A stretch of 64,000 nt of DNA from Kiloniellaceae bacterium (GCA_021776055.1 JAJFGP010000021.1:7520-71519); one strand, 5' to 3'. Numbered from the stretch's first letter, positions 1 to 11,365 are shown. The notes: a model not told the origin generated them from the letters alone. Program-made: numbers and translations.

Positions 1-2
1 CC

Positions 3-1151
<1,149 letters not shown>

Positions 1152-1189
1152 GCGTTGCCTCGGTCAAGCTCGGAACAGCGCGCTACAGC

Positions 1190-2314
1190 ATGAGCAAGCA
1201 GGACTACTACGAAACCCTCGGCGTGTCCCGGGGCGCCGAGGAGGCGGATCTAAAATCCGCCTACCGTAAATTGGCCATGAAGTTTCACCCGGACCGCAAT
1301 CCGGGTGATGCTTCGGCCGAGCAGCGCTTCAAGGAAGTCAGCGAGGCCTATGACGTCCTCAAGGATGGCCAGAAGCGCGCGGCCTACGATCGCTTTGGCC
1401 ATGCCGCCTTCGAGAATGGCGGCGGCGCGCGGGCGGGCGGCGGCTTCGACTTCTCGTCCGGTTTTGCCGATATTTTCGACGAAATGTTTGGCGACTTCAT
1501 GGGCGGCCGCGGCGGCGGTGCGGGCCGCGGCGCCGATCTGCGCTATAACATGGAGATCTCGTTGGAGGAGGCCTTTGCCGGCCGCGCCGCCGAGATTCGC
1601 GTGCCGACAAGCGTGACCTGCGATTCCTGCACCGGCACGGGTGCTGCCGAAGGCTCCGCGCCCACCACCTGTGGCACCTGCAAGGGCCGCGGCCGGGTGC
1701 GCATGCAACAAGGCTTTTTCACCATCGAGCGTGCCTGTCCCACCTGCCATGGCATCGGCCGGGTGATTGAAAATCCCTGCCGGGCCTGTGGCGGCGGTGG
1801 CCGGGTGCAAAAGGAAAAGACCCTCAAGGTCAATATCCCGCCGGGGGTCGAGGACGGAACGCGCATCCGTCTGTCGAGTGAAGGCGAAGCGGGCGTGCGC
1901 GGGGCCGCGTCGGGCGATCTCTACATTTTTCTGACGGTCAAGCCGCACCGCTTGTTCCAGCGTAACGGCGCCGACGTCCATTGCCGAATCCCGGTGCCCA
2001 TGACCACGGCGACCTTGGGCGGCGACATCGAAGTACCCACCATCGACGGCAGCCGTGCCCGCATTACCTTGCCGGCGGGAACCCAAAACGACCATCATTT
2101 CCGCCTCAAGGGTAAGGGCATGCGGGTCTTGCGCTCGAATGCCCGTGGCGACATGTACGCCGAGGTGATGGTCGAGACCCCGGTCAATCTGACCAAGCGC
2201 CAGGAAGAGCTGCTGGCCGAGTTCGAATCCGAAGGCAAGGGGCACAAGACCAGCCCTGAGTCCGAGGGCTTCTTCGCCCGCGTCAAGGAATTCTGGGAAG
2301 ACCTGACGGAATAG
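1190..2314 (+). CDS. dnaJ: Co-chaperone DnaJ
   Basis: J-domain (DYYETLGV...[10 protein letters not shown]), a G/F-rich linker, four CxxCxGxG zinc-finger repeats ([32 protein letters not shown]), and position directly after dnaK. Confidence 0.97.
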   Translation: MSKQDYYETLGVSRGAEEADLKSAYRKLAMKFHPDRNPGDASAEQRFKEVSEAYDVLKDGQKRAAYDRFGHAAFENGGGARAGGGFDFSSGFADIFDEMFGDFMGGRGGGAGRGADLRYNMEISLEEAFAGRAAEIRVPTSVTCDSCTGTGAAEGSAPTTCGTCKGRGRVRMQQGFFTIERACPTCHGIGRVIENPCRACGGGGRVQKEKTLKVNIPPGVEDGTRIRLSSEGEAGVRGAASGDLYIFLTVKPHRLFQRNGADVHCRIPVPMTTATLGGDIEVPTIDGSRARITLPAGTQNDHHFRLKGKGMRVLRSNARGDMYAEVMVETPVNLTKRQEELLAEFESEGKGHKTSPESEGFFARVKEFWEDLTE

Positions 2315-2377
2315 TTGCTTCGGCTTCCGCCTCCCGCGCCGCCGTGCTAAACCGGGCGCTCGATGGGAGAGGCGGGC

Positions 2378-3184
2378 ATGGCAAATACGAAAATCGGTGT
2401 TGTTGGCTGCTCCGGGCGCATGGGGCGGATGATTTTGCGCGTTCTCGCGGCAACACCGGGGTGCGCGATTGCCGGTGGCAGCGAAGCGCCGGGGAGTGCG
2501 GCGCTGGGCGACGACCTGGGGACGCTCGCCGGGCTCGGTTCATTGGGACTAAAGGTTGGCGACGACGTGGCGGTGTTGCTTTCCCAATCCGATGCGATCA
2601 TCGATTTCACCACGCCGGCGGCCAGCGCCACGCACGCGGCATTGGCGGCGCAGGCGCGGGTTGCCCATGTCATCGGGGCTACCGGTATGGACGAGACGCA
2701 GATGGCAGCCATTGGCGCTGCCGCCGCGCGGACCGCCATCGTCCAGGCGCCAAATATGAGCTTGGGTGTCAATGTGCTTTTGGCCCTGGTGGAGCGGGCG
2801 GCGGCGATTTTGGATGCTGACTTCGATATCGAGGTCGTCGAAATGCACCACCGGCACAAGGTCGACGCACCCTCCGGCACCGCACTGGCCTTGGGCCGGG
2901 CAGCGGCGACCGGACGGACCGTGGACTTGAGCGCGGTGGCGCAAAAGGTGCGCGACGGAGTGACCGGCCCGCGCAAGCGCGGCGATATCGGCTTTGCCAC
3001 CCTGCGCGGCGGCGATGTGGCCGGCGATCATACGGTGATCTTCGCTGGCGAGGGCGAGCGCATCGAGCTGACTCACAAAGCGAGCAGCCGCGAGGTCTTC
3101 GCCCGCGGTGCCGTGAAAGCGGCCCTATGGGCCCACGGCAAACCGCCGGGGCTCTATGCCATGACGGATGTTTTGGGCTTCTAG
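2378..3184 (+). CDS. dapB: 4-hydroxy-tetrahydrodipicolinate reductase
   Basis: N-terminal Rossmann motif KIGVVGCSGRMGR and the EVVEMHHRHKVDAPSGTA catalytic motif. I prefer ATG 2378 over ATG 2363 because GGGAGAGG lies about 6 nt upstream. Confidence 0.9.
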   Translation: MANTKIGVVGCSGRMGRMILRVLAATPGCAIAGGSEAPGSAALGDDLGTLAGLGSLGLKVGDDVAVLLSQSDAIIDFTTPAASATHAALAAQARVAHVIGATGMDETQMAAIGAAAARTAIVQAPNMSLGVNVLLALVERAAAILDADFDIEVVEMHHRHKVDAPSGTALALGRAAATGRTVDLSAVAQKVRDGVTGPRKRGDIGFATLRGGDVAGDHTVIFAGEGERIELTHKASSREVFARGAVKAALWAHGKPPGLYAMTDVLGF

Positions 3185-3702
3185 GCGCGGGTGGGCGGGC
3201 GCGGCGCGCACGTTGCGCGCACTTTGGTGAGCGCGGTGCGCAGGGCGTGCGCCAGATCGGATCGTTCGGTTGGTGGCAGGAAGCCGGCAATCTCCAGGCT
3301 TTGTCCGTGCGAACGCAAGACCAATCGGTTTTCGCCGGCCGCCGGCTCGTCCAGGAGCACTTGCAGCCAATAGGGCTGAAAACGCCAAGTGCGCTTCTGG
3401 CCCCAGTAATTCACGTGCTCGACCAACAGATTGTCGCGGGAGAGGCGCAAGGTTTCAAAGGTCCGGGCCCGTTGGTAATTGATGCGAAAGGCGATGGCGA
3501 TGAGCGCCACGTCAAGGCCGAGGAAACCGACAACCGGCCAAGCACCCGCGAGATAAAAAGCCAACCCGGCGGCAAAGCTGACCGCGCAGACGGCTGTCAT
3601 CAGAATGAGAAATCCGCGCCGGCTCAGGCTGCGATGCGGGGTCAACCGGGCATCGAAATAGAGCGGTTCGTGAGTGTTCGGTGTCGTCATGGATGCAACC
3701 AT
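3181..3702 (-). CDS. DUF2244-type integral membrane protein
   Basis: The 173-aa ORF has two adjacent TM helices (FLILMTAVCAVSFAAGLAFYLAGAWPVVGFLGLDVALIAIAF) followed by a soluble tail, a pattern I recall for DUF2244. The family call is from memory only. Confidence 0.55.
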   Translation of the reverse strand: MVASMTTPNTHEPLYFDARLTPHRSLSRRGFLILMTAVCAVSFAAGLAFYLAGAWPVVGFLGLDVALIAIAFRINYQRARTFETLRLSRDNLLVEHVNYWGQKRTWRFQPYWLQVLLDEPAAGENRLVLRSHGQSLEIAGFLPPTERSDLAHALRTALTKVRATCAPRPPTRA

Positions 3703-3719
3703 ACTCTAGAATGCGGTCC

Positions 3720-4355
3720 ATGAAAAAAGCCGAAATCGCGACCCTGTTCGATCGTCTCGCCGCCGCCCTGCCGGAACCGAAGAGCGAGCTGGATTACGTC
3801 AACCCGTACACGCTGTTGGTTGCCGTCGTGCTCTCGGCGCAGGCCACCGATGTGGGGGTGAACAAGGCGACACCCGCCCTTTTCGAGGCGGCCGATACGC
3901 CGGAGAAAATGGTCGCCCTGGGCGAGGGGCGGGTGAAGGATTTCATCAAGACCATCGGCCTCTTCAATACCAAGGCTAAGAACGTTGTCGCGTTGTCGCG
4001 CATGCTCATCGACCAGCATGGCAGCCAAGTGCCGCGAGACCGCGATGCTCTAGAGGCGCTGCCGGGGGTCGGGCGCAAGACCGCCAATGTGGTTTTGAAC
4101 GTCGCCTTCGGCGAGCCGACCATTGCCGTTGATACGCATATTTTTCGGGTATCCAACCGCACCGGTCTGGCGCCGGGAAAAACGCCGCTGGCGGTGGAGC
4201 AAGCCTTGGAAAAAGTCGTGCCGGCGGCGCGCAAGCTGCACGCGCACCACTGGCTGATCTTGCACGGACGTTATGTGTGCAAGGCTCGCAAGCCCGACTG
4301 CCCGGCCTGTACCGTCCGCGATGTCTGTGCCTTCAAGGGAAAGACGACCTTGTAG
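3720..4355 (+). CDS. nth: Endonuclease III (DNA glycosylase/AP lyase)
   Basis: HhH-GPD motif (LPGVGRKTANVVLN), catalytic region VDTHIFRV, and the C-terminal 4Fe-4S Cys cluster (CKARKPDCPACTVRDVC). ATG 3720 gives the typical N-terminus; the ORF-track start at 3681 is probably too long. Confidence 0.93.
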   Translation: MKKAEIATLFDRLAAALPEPKSELDYVNPYTLLVAVVLSAQATDVGVNKATPALFEAADTPEKMVALGEGRVKDFIKTIGLFNTKAKNVVALSRMLIDQHGSQVPRDRDALEALPGVGRKTANVVLNVAFGEPTIAVDTHIFRVSNRTGLAPGKTPLAVEQALEKVVPAARKLHAHHWLILHGRYVCKARKPDCPACTVRDVCAFKGKTTL

Positions 4356-4367
4356 CGCGAAACGGCT

Positions 4368-4847
4368 CTAGCCGAGCGGTTGGCTGAGACGAGCGCGCAA
4401 TAGCTCGTTGAGACAGGTGCGCGCCTCGATTTTCTGCGCGGTGCCGTCGCGCGCTTCGACGTAGGTGACCTCGCGCCGGCCGGCGGTCTCATAGAGGAAC
4501 ACATCGAGGACGCAGTTGTCGTTGCGGTACTGCCATATCTCCGCCGGGGCTTCGCGGCGGATTAGTTCCGGCTCACCGAGGACGGTGCTCAATGCCGCCG
4601 GGGCTAGCCCCATGAGCCGTTGCGGATCATCGTCAATGAACGGTTCGGGCGGCAAGGCGGCGGTCGCCGGATCGGTTCCAGTCCCCGCGGCCGCCGGTGC
4701 GTCGGGGACGGGGGGTACCGCCGCCGTCTCGGTGGCGAATGGCTTAGGTGCCTGGCAGGCGCCGAGGGCAAGAAGCAGGGCGAGCGCCCAGCCGCGCGCG
4801 CATTGGCGGGCAGGATGAAACGGCTTGACGCGCTGTGTCGAGGTCAC
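4368..4847 (-). CDS. Hypothetical lipoprotein
   Basis: Lipobox-like LLLALGAC at the N-terminus, then a Pro/Ala-rich linker and a small C-terminal domain. It is co-directional with, and 7 nt downstream of, the bactofilin gene. Confidence 0.55.
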   Translation of the reverse strand: MTSTQRVKPFHPARQCARGWALALLLALGACQAPKPFATETAAVPPVPDAPAAAGTGTDPATAALPPEPFIDDDPQRLMGLAPAALSTVLGEPELIRREAPAEIWQYRNDNCVLDVFLYETAGRREVTYVEARDGTAQKIEARTCLNELLRARLSQPLG

Positions 4848-4853
4848 GGGCGT

Positions 4854-5576
4854 TTAGGCAGGCCGCAAGCCGAGGCCGTCGTTTGGGCTTTTGGCATCGC
4901 GCACTTCCTGCGGTCCTTGTAGATCGGCGCTGCCGGTGATGCGGCCGCCGCGCTCCACCTCGATCTCGGCGTAGCGGATGGCGCCGCCGACACGCCCGCC
5001 GGCGCGCACGGCCAGCAGGCCGCTAACCGTGAGATCACCGTCGAAGCTGCCGCTGACAACGCACGTGCCCACCGCGGCGCTGCCGCGGAAGTGGCCGGTA
5101 CCGGCAATCTCCAAGGTGCGCGTATCGGTCAGCTCGGCCTCCACGCTGCCCTCGACGATCAAGCGCTCGCACGCGCTGATCTCGCCGGTCAGGCGGATAT
5201 CGCGGCCGACCACCAAGGTATGGCCCGGCACCTGGTGCGAATCGGGCACGCGACCGCGTGGATTTGGCTGGGCAACGGCCTTGGCCGGGCTCGGCGACGC
5301 CTTCGGCGATGTTGCGGCGGGGGCAGTGGTTGTGGCGGGGGCTGTAGCAGGGGCCGCCCGTGGGATGGCGGCTGGCTTTGGTTTGGCTGTGGGCGTCGGT
5401 GCTGGGCTTGCCGGGGCCACGGGGCGCGCGAAGGGCTTCATGGGTGGCGTGCGAATGACCGTCGGGCCGATGTTGTCGTCGTTGGGTCTGTTGTCGTTAG
5501 GTCCGGGTATCGCGGCCATCGCCTCGGTTTCCAGGTGGCGGCGTGTGGCGCGTGGTGGACGTTTACCGAAAATCAT
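4854..5576 (-). CDS. Bactofilin-family polymer-forming cytoskeletal protein with a long Pro/Ala-rich N-terminal region
   Basis: The C-terminal half shows the repetitive beta-helical bactofilin (DUF583) pattern: LVVGRDIRLTGEISACERLIVEGSVEAELTDTRTLEIAGTGHFRGSAAVGTCVVSGSFDGDLTVSGLLAVRAGGRVGGAIRY. The exact start is uncertain because several in-frame Met codons exist. Confidence 0.75.
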   Translation of the reverse strand: MIFGKRPPRATRRHLETEAMAAIPGPNDNRPNDDNIGPTVIRTPPMKPFARPVAPASPAPTPTAKPKPAAIPRAAPATAPATTTAPAATSPKASPSPAKAVAQPNPRGRVPDSHQVPGHTLVVGRDIRLTGEISACERLIVEGSVEAELTDTRTLEIAGTGHFRGSAAVGTCVVSGSFDGDLTVSGLLAVRAGGRVGGAIRYAEIEVERGGRITGSADLQGPQEVRDAKSPNDGLGLRPA

Positions 5577-5632
5577 GCTCTCTCCCCCTTGTGACGCGGT
5601 GCCGCTCGTTCTAGGCGGCGGCTTCGGCGTCT

Positions 5633-6376
5633 CTATCTGCGCTGCGTCGGCACGGTGGCTGGATCACCGTCCCGCCGCAGACCCTCGAACACGTGAAGCA
5701 TAAAGCCCGTGGCGACAATCGGCATCAGCAGGTTAAGAAGCGGAAGTGTCAAAAGAAAGGCGATCACCGCTCCCGCCAGCAAAACGCGTCCACGATGGCC
5801 GCGCCGCATCCGTTTGGCCCCGGCTGCATCCAAGCGCCGCACGGCTACAAGCTCGAAATACTCCCGGCCGAGAAGATAGCCGTTGAGCAAATAGAAAACA
5901 AAGAGATTGAGCGGCGGCACAAACAGGAGCAGCAGGTAGACGGGTAAGAAGAGCACGTTTAAGGCCACGGTAACGCCGACGAAGGCAAGTGCGCCCACAA
6001 CCGCTTCGCCGATAGGCTGGGCGCGGGCCGGCGGTAGATTTGGGTAATGCCGCCGCTCCACCGCCGCCGCCACGTCTTCGAGCAAGAACGACATGGCCAG
6101 GACCATGACGGCGGGAAACAGGAAGAAGCTGGCGATCAACACGGAAAAAATGCCGGCGGCACCGAACAGCCATTCAAAAACACCGGTCCAGAAGCCCCCC
6201 GATCCGTCCTCTAGCAGCCATTGGCTCAGCGCCTCGCCACTCAAGGACAGGCCCCACCAGGCCAAGGCCCACAGCACGAGAAAAACCGCCAAGGCGGCAG
6301 CCACGGAAAGCCAGAAAACACGGCGAAAAGCTGGGTCGCCGATTTGCCGAAAAGCGAGACTGAGAGCGGAAATCAT
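5633..6376 (-). CDS. EI24/CysZ-like multi-pass membrane protein
   Basis: 247-aa polytopic membrane ORF. The N-terminus (ALSLAFRQIGDPAFRRVFWLS) and overall topology resemble the EI24 domain family. The family call is from memory. Confidence 0.55.
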   Translation of the reverse strand: MISALSLAFRQIGDPAFRRVFWLSVAAALAVFLVLWALAWWGLSLSGEALSQWLLEDGSGGFWTGVFEWLFGAAGIFSVLIASFFLFPAVMVLAMSFLLEDVAAAVERRHYPNLPPARAQPIGEAVVGALAFVGVTVALNVLFLPVYLLLLFVPPLNLFVFYLLNGYLLGREYFELVAVRRLDAAGAKRMRRGHRGRVLLAGAVIAFLLTLPLLNLLMPIVATGFMLHVFEGLRRDGDPATVPTQRR

Positions 6377-6385
6377 GGGGCGCCT

Positions 6386-6856
6386 CTACGCGGTGAGTAC
6401 CGAGGGGTCGAAACACACCAACTCGACCACGGTGCCTTCCGGGTCGCGCACATAGAGCGACCGCCAGCCGATCCACGGATAGGTTCGTGTTGCGACCTTA
6501 TGGCCGCGCGCCTGAAGGGTCGCAAGCGCCGCCGGGTATTCGTCGAGCGGAATGCTTAGAGCGAAGTGGTGCAAACTGGTGGTTTCGGGCGTATGGCCTG
6601 GCCAGATATGATCGGCGCCGTTCGATGGCCAATCGTGCGGAAAAAGGGCGAGAATCGTGGTGTGCCCGGCAAAACCGTCGGCGATTCGGAAGAAGGTCAT
6701 GCGCTCCTCCGGGAAGTGGCGCAGGACCGGCAGACCGATCTCCTCCTCGTAAAAGGCGCGCATGGCCTTGGGGTCGCGTACGCGGAGCACGATCTCACCT
6801 AGGGCGCGCACCGTAAATCCCCGCTCGGACATAGGCCCCATCCCCACAACAATCAA
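6386..6856 (-). CDS. VOC (glyoxalase/bleomycin-resistance/dioxygenase) family protein
   Basis: About 150 aa with the paired beta-alpha-beta-beta-beta VOC pattern (LGEIVLRVRDPKAMRAFYEEEIGL ... LHHFALSI ... YVRDPEGTVVEL). Confidence 0.7.
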   Translation of the reverse strand: MIVVGMGPMSERGFTVRALGEIVLRVRDPKAMRAFYEEEIGLPVLRHFPEERMTFFRIADGFAGHTTILALFPHDWPSNGADHIWPGHTPETTSLHHFALSIPLDEYPAALATLQARGHKVATRTYPWIGWRSLYVRDPEGTVVELVCFDPSVLTA

Positions 6857-7029
6857 TGACTTAGGCGGACGAGCATGCCGTAGCGGGCAGATAACCGCAA
6901 CACCACCGTCGGGTGCGGATGGACGGTGGCTGTCTGTGGGCTTGCCCGCGGGCCGCGCGGGCCTTAGGGTCGCGCCGCCTTCGCGAAAAACGCGATTTAG
7001 CCACTAAAAACAGAGGATGGGACGAACCT

Positions 7030-8028
7030 ATGGCCGCAGCCCCTCTCGATGTGGTCGGCATCGGCAATGCTATTGTCGATGTCCTGGCGCACGCTGACGA
7101 TGGATTCTTGGAGACACACGGATTGGCCAAGGGTGCCATGACCTTGATCGACGAGGCGCGCGGCGAGGCGCTCTATGCCGCTATGGGGCCAGGTACCGAG
7201 GTTTCCGGTGGCTCGGCGGGCAATACCATGGCTGGGATTGCCGCCCTGGGCGGCCGCGGCGCCTTCATCGGCAAGGTGCGCGACGACCAGCTGGGCGGCA
7301 TCTTTCGCCACGATATCCGCGCCGCCGGGGTTGCCTTCGACACGGCCGCCGCCAACACCGGGCCGACGACGGGGCGCTGTCTGATCCTGATCACGCCGGA
7401 TGCGCAGCGCACCATGAATACGTTTTTGGGGGCAGCGGTCGAGCTGACACCCGACGATCTGGATGAAGAGGCCATTCGGTCGGCCCAGGTCACCTATATG
7501 GAGGGTTATCTCTGGGACCCGCCGGCGGCGAAGCAAGCCTTTCTGGCGGCGGCGAAGATCGCGCACGGCGCTGGCCGCAAGGTCTCGCTGAGCCTGTCGG
7601 ACCCCTTCTGTGTGGAACGCCACCACGAATCGTTCCTCGAGCTGGTCAGCGGCCATGTGGACGTGCTTTTCGCCAACGAGGTGGAAATTTGCAGCCTCTA
7701 CCGGACCGAGAGCTTCGATGATGCCCTGCAGCAGGTGCGCGGTCATTGCGAAATCGCGGTTTTGACCCGCAGCGCCAAGGGCGCGGTGGTTCTCGCCGGT
7801 GAAGAGGTGCATGTCGTCGATGCCGAGCCGGTGGCCCAGATCGTCGATACGACGGGCGCCGGCGATCTCTACGCGGCCGGATTTCTCGCTGGTTTGACCC
7901 GGGGTAAACCCCTATATGAGTGTGGCCGGATGGGGGCGATTGCCGCCGCCGAGGTGATTTCGCATGTGGGCGCCCGTCCGGAAGCTGATCTGGCGGCACT
8001 CGTCGACCAGCGTCTTCACGAAGCCTAA
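7030..8028 (+). CDS. Adenosine kinase / PfkB-family carbohydrate kinase
   Basis: Start motif DVVGIGNAIVDVL, GGSAGNT, and the C-terminal PfkB signature DTTGAGDLYAAGFL. ATG 7030 is chosen over the longer ORF-track start at 6913. Confidence 0.85.
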   Translation: MAAAPLDVVGIGNAIVDVLAHADDGFLETHGLAKGAMTLIDEARGEALYAAMGPGTEVSGGSAGNTMAGIAALGGRGAFIGKVRDDQLGGIFRHDIRAAGVAFDTAAANTGPTTGRCLILITPDAQRTMNTFLGAAVELTPDDLDEEAIRSAQVTYMEGYLWDPPAAKQAFLAAAKIAHGAGRKVSLSLSDPFCVERHHESFLELVSGHVDVLFANEVEICSLYRTESFDDALQQVRGHCEIAVLTRSAKGAVVLAGEEVHVVDAEPVAQIVDTTGAGDLYAAGFLAGLTRGKPLYECGRMGAIAAAEVISHVGARPEADLAALVDQRLHEA

Positions 8029-8055
8029 AGCCTTTCCCAGTCAAGGTCCCGCCGC

Positions 8056-9888
8056 ATGAATACCCCCGCGTTGCGCAACGTTGCGATTATCGCCCACGTC
8101 GATCACGGCAAGACGACGCTGGTCGACCAATTGCTGCGCCAATCCGGGACGTTCCGCGATAATCAGCAACTTGCCGAGCGGGCGATGGACAGCAACGATC
8201 AGGAGCGCGAGCGGGGCATTACCATCCTCGCCAAGTGCACCTCGGTCTTGTGGGGCGAGACGCGCATCAACATCGTCGATACGCCCGGCCACGCCGATTT
8301 CGGCGGCGAGGTGGAGCGCATTCTCTCCATGGTCGATGGCGTTTTGCTGCTGGTCGATGCCGCCGAAGGGCCGATGCCGCAGACCAAGTTCGTGACCATC
8401 AAAGCGCTCGCCCGTGGCCTGCGCCCCATCGTGGTCATCAACAAGGCCGATCGTCCCGATGCGCGGCCCTTCGAGGCGCAAAACGAGGTCTTCGATCTTT
8501 TTGCCGCCTTGGGCGCGGACGAGTCGCAGCTCGATTTCCCCACCCTTTTTGCCTCCGCCAAGGAAGGCTGGGCCGCCGCCGATTGGGAAGATGCGCGCGA
8601 GACCATGGACCCGCTGTTCGATCTGATCGTCCGGCATGTCGCACCGCCCGTGGGCGACCCGGCCGCGCCGTTTTCCATGCTGGCAACGACCCTGGAGCTG
8701 GATCCCTATCTTGGCCGGGTGTTGACCGGCCGTATCCACGGCGGCCGGGCGCGCCTGAACATGCCGGTCAAGGCGCTTAGCCGCGATGGTGCCGTGCTGG
8801 AAGAGGGGCGGTTGAGCAAGCTGCTCGCCTTCCGCGGCTTGAAGCGCGTGACCATCGAGGAGGCCGTCGCCGGTGACATTATCGCCGTTGCCGGCCTTGC
8901 CGAGACGACGGTGGCGGATACGCTCTGCGCGCCCGAGGTGGATGCTCCTATCGCCGCCCAGGCGATCGATCCGCCGACCTTAGCCATGACCTTTTCGGTC
9001 AACGATTCGCCGCTGGCCGGGCGCGAGGGTGATAAGGTGACCAGCCGCATGATCCGCACCCGCCTGATGCGCGAGGGCGAGGGCAACGTGGCCATCCGTG
9101 TTACCGAGACCGAGGGCAAGGATGCCTACGAGGTTGCCGGTCGCGGCGAGCTGCAGTTGGGTGTCCTGGTGGAAACCATGCGCCGTGAGGGTTTTGAGCT
9201 ATCGATCAGCCGGCCGCGGGTTCTCTACCGGACCGATCCGGAAACCGGACAGCGCCAAGAGCCAATCGAGGAAGTACAGGTCGACGTGGACGAGGAGTTC
9301 GCGGGTGTCGTCGTCGAGGCCCTTGGCATTCGCCGTGGCGAGATGACCGGCATGGCCCCTTCCGGCGGCGGAAAAGTGCGCGTGACCTTCCTAGCCCCGT
9401 CGCGCGGGCTGATCGGTTATCACGGCGAATTCATGACCACCACGCGCGGCACCGGTATTATGAACCGGGTCTTTTCCGGCTATGCCCCCCACAAGGGGCC
9501 GATCCGGGGGCGCCACCCGGGGGTCATGATCTCCAATTCGAATGGGGCCGCCGTTCCTTATGCCCTGTGGAATCTGGAGGAGCGGGGGACGATTTTCATC
9601 CCGCCCTGGGCCGCCGTCTATGAGGGTATGATCATCGGCGAGCATAGCCGTGGCAACGATTTGGATGTCAATCCCATGAAGGCCAAGCAGCTCACCAACA
9701 TGCGCGCGTCCGGCAAGGACGAAAGTGTCCGCCTGACGCCGCCGCGGATCATGAGCCTGGAACAGGCACTGGCCTATATCGACGACGACGAGTTGGTGGA
9801 AATAACGCCCAAATCCATCCGCCTACGCAAGGCCGAGCTCGACCCGCATGCGCGCAAGAAGCTAAGCCGGCTCAAGGATGCCGGATAG
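8056..9888 (+). CDS. typA: Translational GTPase TypA/BipA
   Basis: G-domain motifs [24 protein letters not shown] and NKADR, with full-length EF-G-like architecture of 610 aa. Confidence 0.96.
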   Translation: MNTPALRNVAIIAHVDHGKTTLVDQLLRQSGTFRDNQQLAERAMDSNDQERERGITILAKCTSVLWGETRINIVDTPGHADFGGEVERILSMVDGVLLLVDAAEGPMPQTKFVTIKALARGLRPIVVINKADRPDARPFEAQNEVFDLFAALGADESQLDFPTLFASAKEGWAAADWEDARETMDPLFDLIVRHVAPPVGDPAAPFSMLATTLELDPYLGRVLTGRIHGGRARLNMPVKALSRDGAVLEEGRLSKLLAFRGLKRVTIEEAVAGDIIAVAGLAETTVADTLCAPEVDAPIAAQAIDPPTLAMTFSVNDSPLAGREGDKVTSRMIRTRLMREGEGNVAIRVTETEGKDAYEVAGRGELQLGVLVETMRREGFELSISRPRVLYRTDPETGQRQEPIEEVQVDVDEEFAGVVVEALGIRRGEMTGMAPSGGGKVRVTFLAPSRGLIGYHGEFMTTTRGTGIMNRVFSGYAPHKGPIRGRHPGVMISNSNGAAVPYALWNLEERGTIFIPPWAAVYEGMIIGEHSRGNDLDVNPMKAKQLTNMRASGKDESVRLTPPRIMSLEQALAYIDDDELVEITPKSIRLRKAELDPHARKKLSRLKDAG

Positions 9889-11185
9889 CGCAGCGGTTAC
9901 AGCAACACCACGCCGGCGCGGCTGGCGCGGGGCGATTGCTCTTTATAGCGACCGGCGTCTTCTTCTCATTCTGCTCATGGGGTTTGCCAGCGGCCTGCCG
10001 CTGCCCTTGACCCTGGCGACCTTGTCGTTCTGGTTGGCCCGGGTTGGGGTCGATAAGACCGCCATCGGCCTCTTCGCCTTGGTCGGCCTGCCCTACGGCC
10101 TCAAGTTTGTCTGGGCGCCGGTGCTCGATCATTTGCCCGCGCCCCTGCTCGGCCGCGTCTTTGGCCGCCGGCGCGGTTGGGCCCTGCTCATCCAGGCGGC
10201 GTTGATCCTGGCTATCCTGGTCCTCGGTGCCAGCGATCCCCTGTACACACCTTGGGCGACCGCGGTGGCGGCTCTGGCGGTGGCTTTCTTTTCGGCCAGC
10301 CAGGATATCGTCATCGATGCCTATCGCATCGAGATATTGGAAGAGTTTGAACAAGGCGCTGGCGCGGCGGCAACCCAAACCGGCTATCGCATCGGCACGT
10401 TGGTCGCCGGAGCGGGGGCCATTGCGCTCTCTGATTTCATCGGCTGGTTCGCTGTGTTCGCTATCCTGGCCGGTTTTGTTTTAATCGGCACGGCGGCCGT
10501 GCTTCTAGCCTCCGAACCGGTGCCCGCCGCGGGCCAGCAAGTGGCGACTCGGGAAAATTGGTTGGAGACGGCGGTTCTAGCACCGCTCGCCGATTTTTTG
10601 CGCCGGCCGGGCTGGGGGGCGATTCTCGCGTTCATCCTGCTTTACAAGTTTGGCGATGCCATCGGTGGCGTTATGGCCAATCCATTTTTCGTTGAGCTTG
10701 ATTTTACCGGAGTCGAGATCGCCAGCATTACCAAGGTGTTCGGTCTGCTCGCGACCTTCGCCGGCATTATCGTCGGCGGCCTGCTGGTCGCCCGCTACGG
10801 CATGTTTCCGGCCTTGGCAATCGGCGGTGTGCTGCAAGCGGCGACGAATTTGCTCTATGCCGTGCAGGCGAAGGTCGGTCACGATCTCGTCTTTTTGGCG
10901 GGAACCATCGGCGCCGACAATTTCACCGGCGGGCTCGGTTCGGCGGCGTTCGTGGCGTATTTATCCAGCTTGTGCAATCGCGCCTTCACCGCGACTCAGT
11001 TTGCCCTCCTAACCTCGTTCATGGCCATTGGGCGCACGGTGCTGTCTTCCGGCGGCGGCTGGCTGGCGGACCGCCTGGATTGGGCCGTGTTCTTTACGCT
11101 GACCGCCGCTTTGGCGGTGCCGGGCCTGTTGCTGTTGTTGTGGCTCGCCCGGCTGCAATCAGAACGGGCAGGTGTGCGTACGTAA
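9878..11185 (+). CDS. ampG: AmpG-family muropeptide MFS transporter
   Basis: A 12-14 TM MFS protein with AmpG-type motifs (LLMGFASGLPLPLT, FFSASQDIVIDAYRIE). It overlaps the typA stop by 11 nt. Confidence 0.85.
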   Translation: MPDSAAVTATPRRRGWRGAIALYSDRRLLLILLMGFASGLPLPLTLATLSFWLARVGVDKTAIGLFALVGLPYGLKFVWAPVLDHLPAPLLGRVFGRRRGWALLIQAALILAILVLGASDPLYTPWATAVAALAVAFFSASQDIVIDAYRIEILEEFEQGAGAAATQTGYRIGTLVAGAGAIALSDFIGWFAVFAILAGFVLIGTAAVLLASEPVPAAGQQVATRENWLETAVLAPLADFLRRPGWGAILAFILLYKFGDAIGGVMANPFFVELDFTGVEIASITKVFGLLATFAGIIVGGLLVARYGMFPALAIGGVLQAATNLLYAVQAKVGHDLVFLAGTIGADNFTGGLGSAAFVAYLSSLCNRAFTATQFALLTSFMAIGRTVLSSGGGWLADRLDWAVFFTLTAALAVPGLLLLLWLARLQSERAGVRT

Positions 11186-11365
11186 ATTTGTATAGCCGCT
11201 ATTAATTGGTAGCCATAGCCGCCGCCCGCCGCTTGCTGTAGAAAACCGATGAACCCCACTGTTTCGAGTCCAAGTTTTCCAAATCCAGGTCTCCTAAGTC
11301 TTTTTTTTGCGGCGTTTGGCGTGGCGGCGACACCGTACCCATCGCGACGCCATGGACAAAACGCC

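Noticed and set aside
1250-2245. A 331-aa ORF antisense to dnaJ. Many similar long antisense or alternate-frame ORFs occur, e.g. 17358-18617(+), 27580-28710(-), 43313-44446(-), 51315-52916(-), 53034-54047(-), 54566-55600(-), 56032-56985(-), 57280-58356(-) and 62892-63641(-).
   Set aside because: They lie fully inside strongly recognisable conserved genes on the other strand or frame. Their translations are Arg/Ala/Gly/Pro-rich low-complexity strings with no motifs. Long stop-free shadow frames are expected in GC-rich DNA.
11255-11285. A tRNA T-loop-like string TTTCGAGTCC (possible tRNA fragment or integrase att site) in the ampG-AEC spacer.
   Set aside because: The flanking bases cannot form a T-stem (ACTGT versus CCAAG). 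There is no acceptor or anticodon arm, and no integrase or mobile genes lie nearby.
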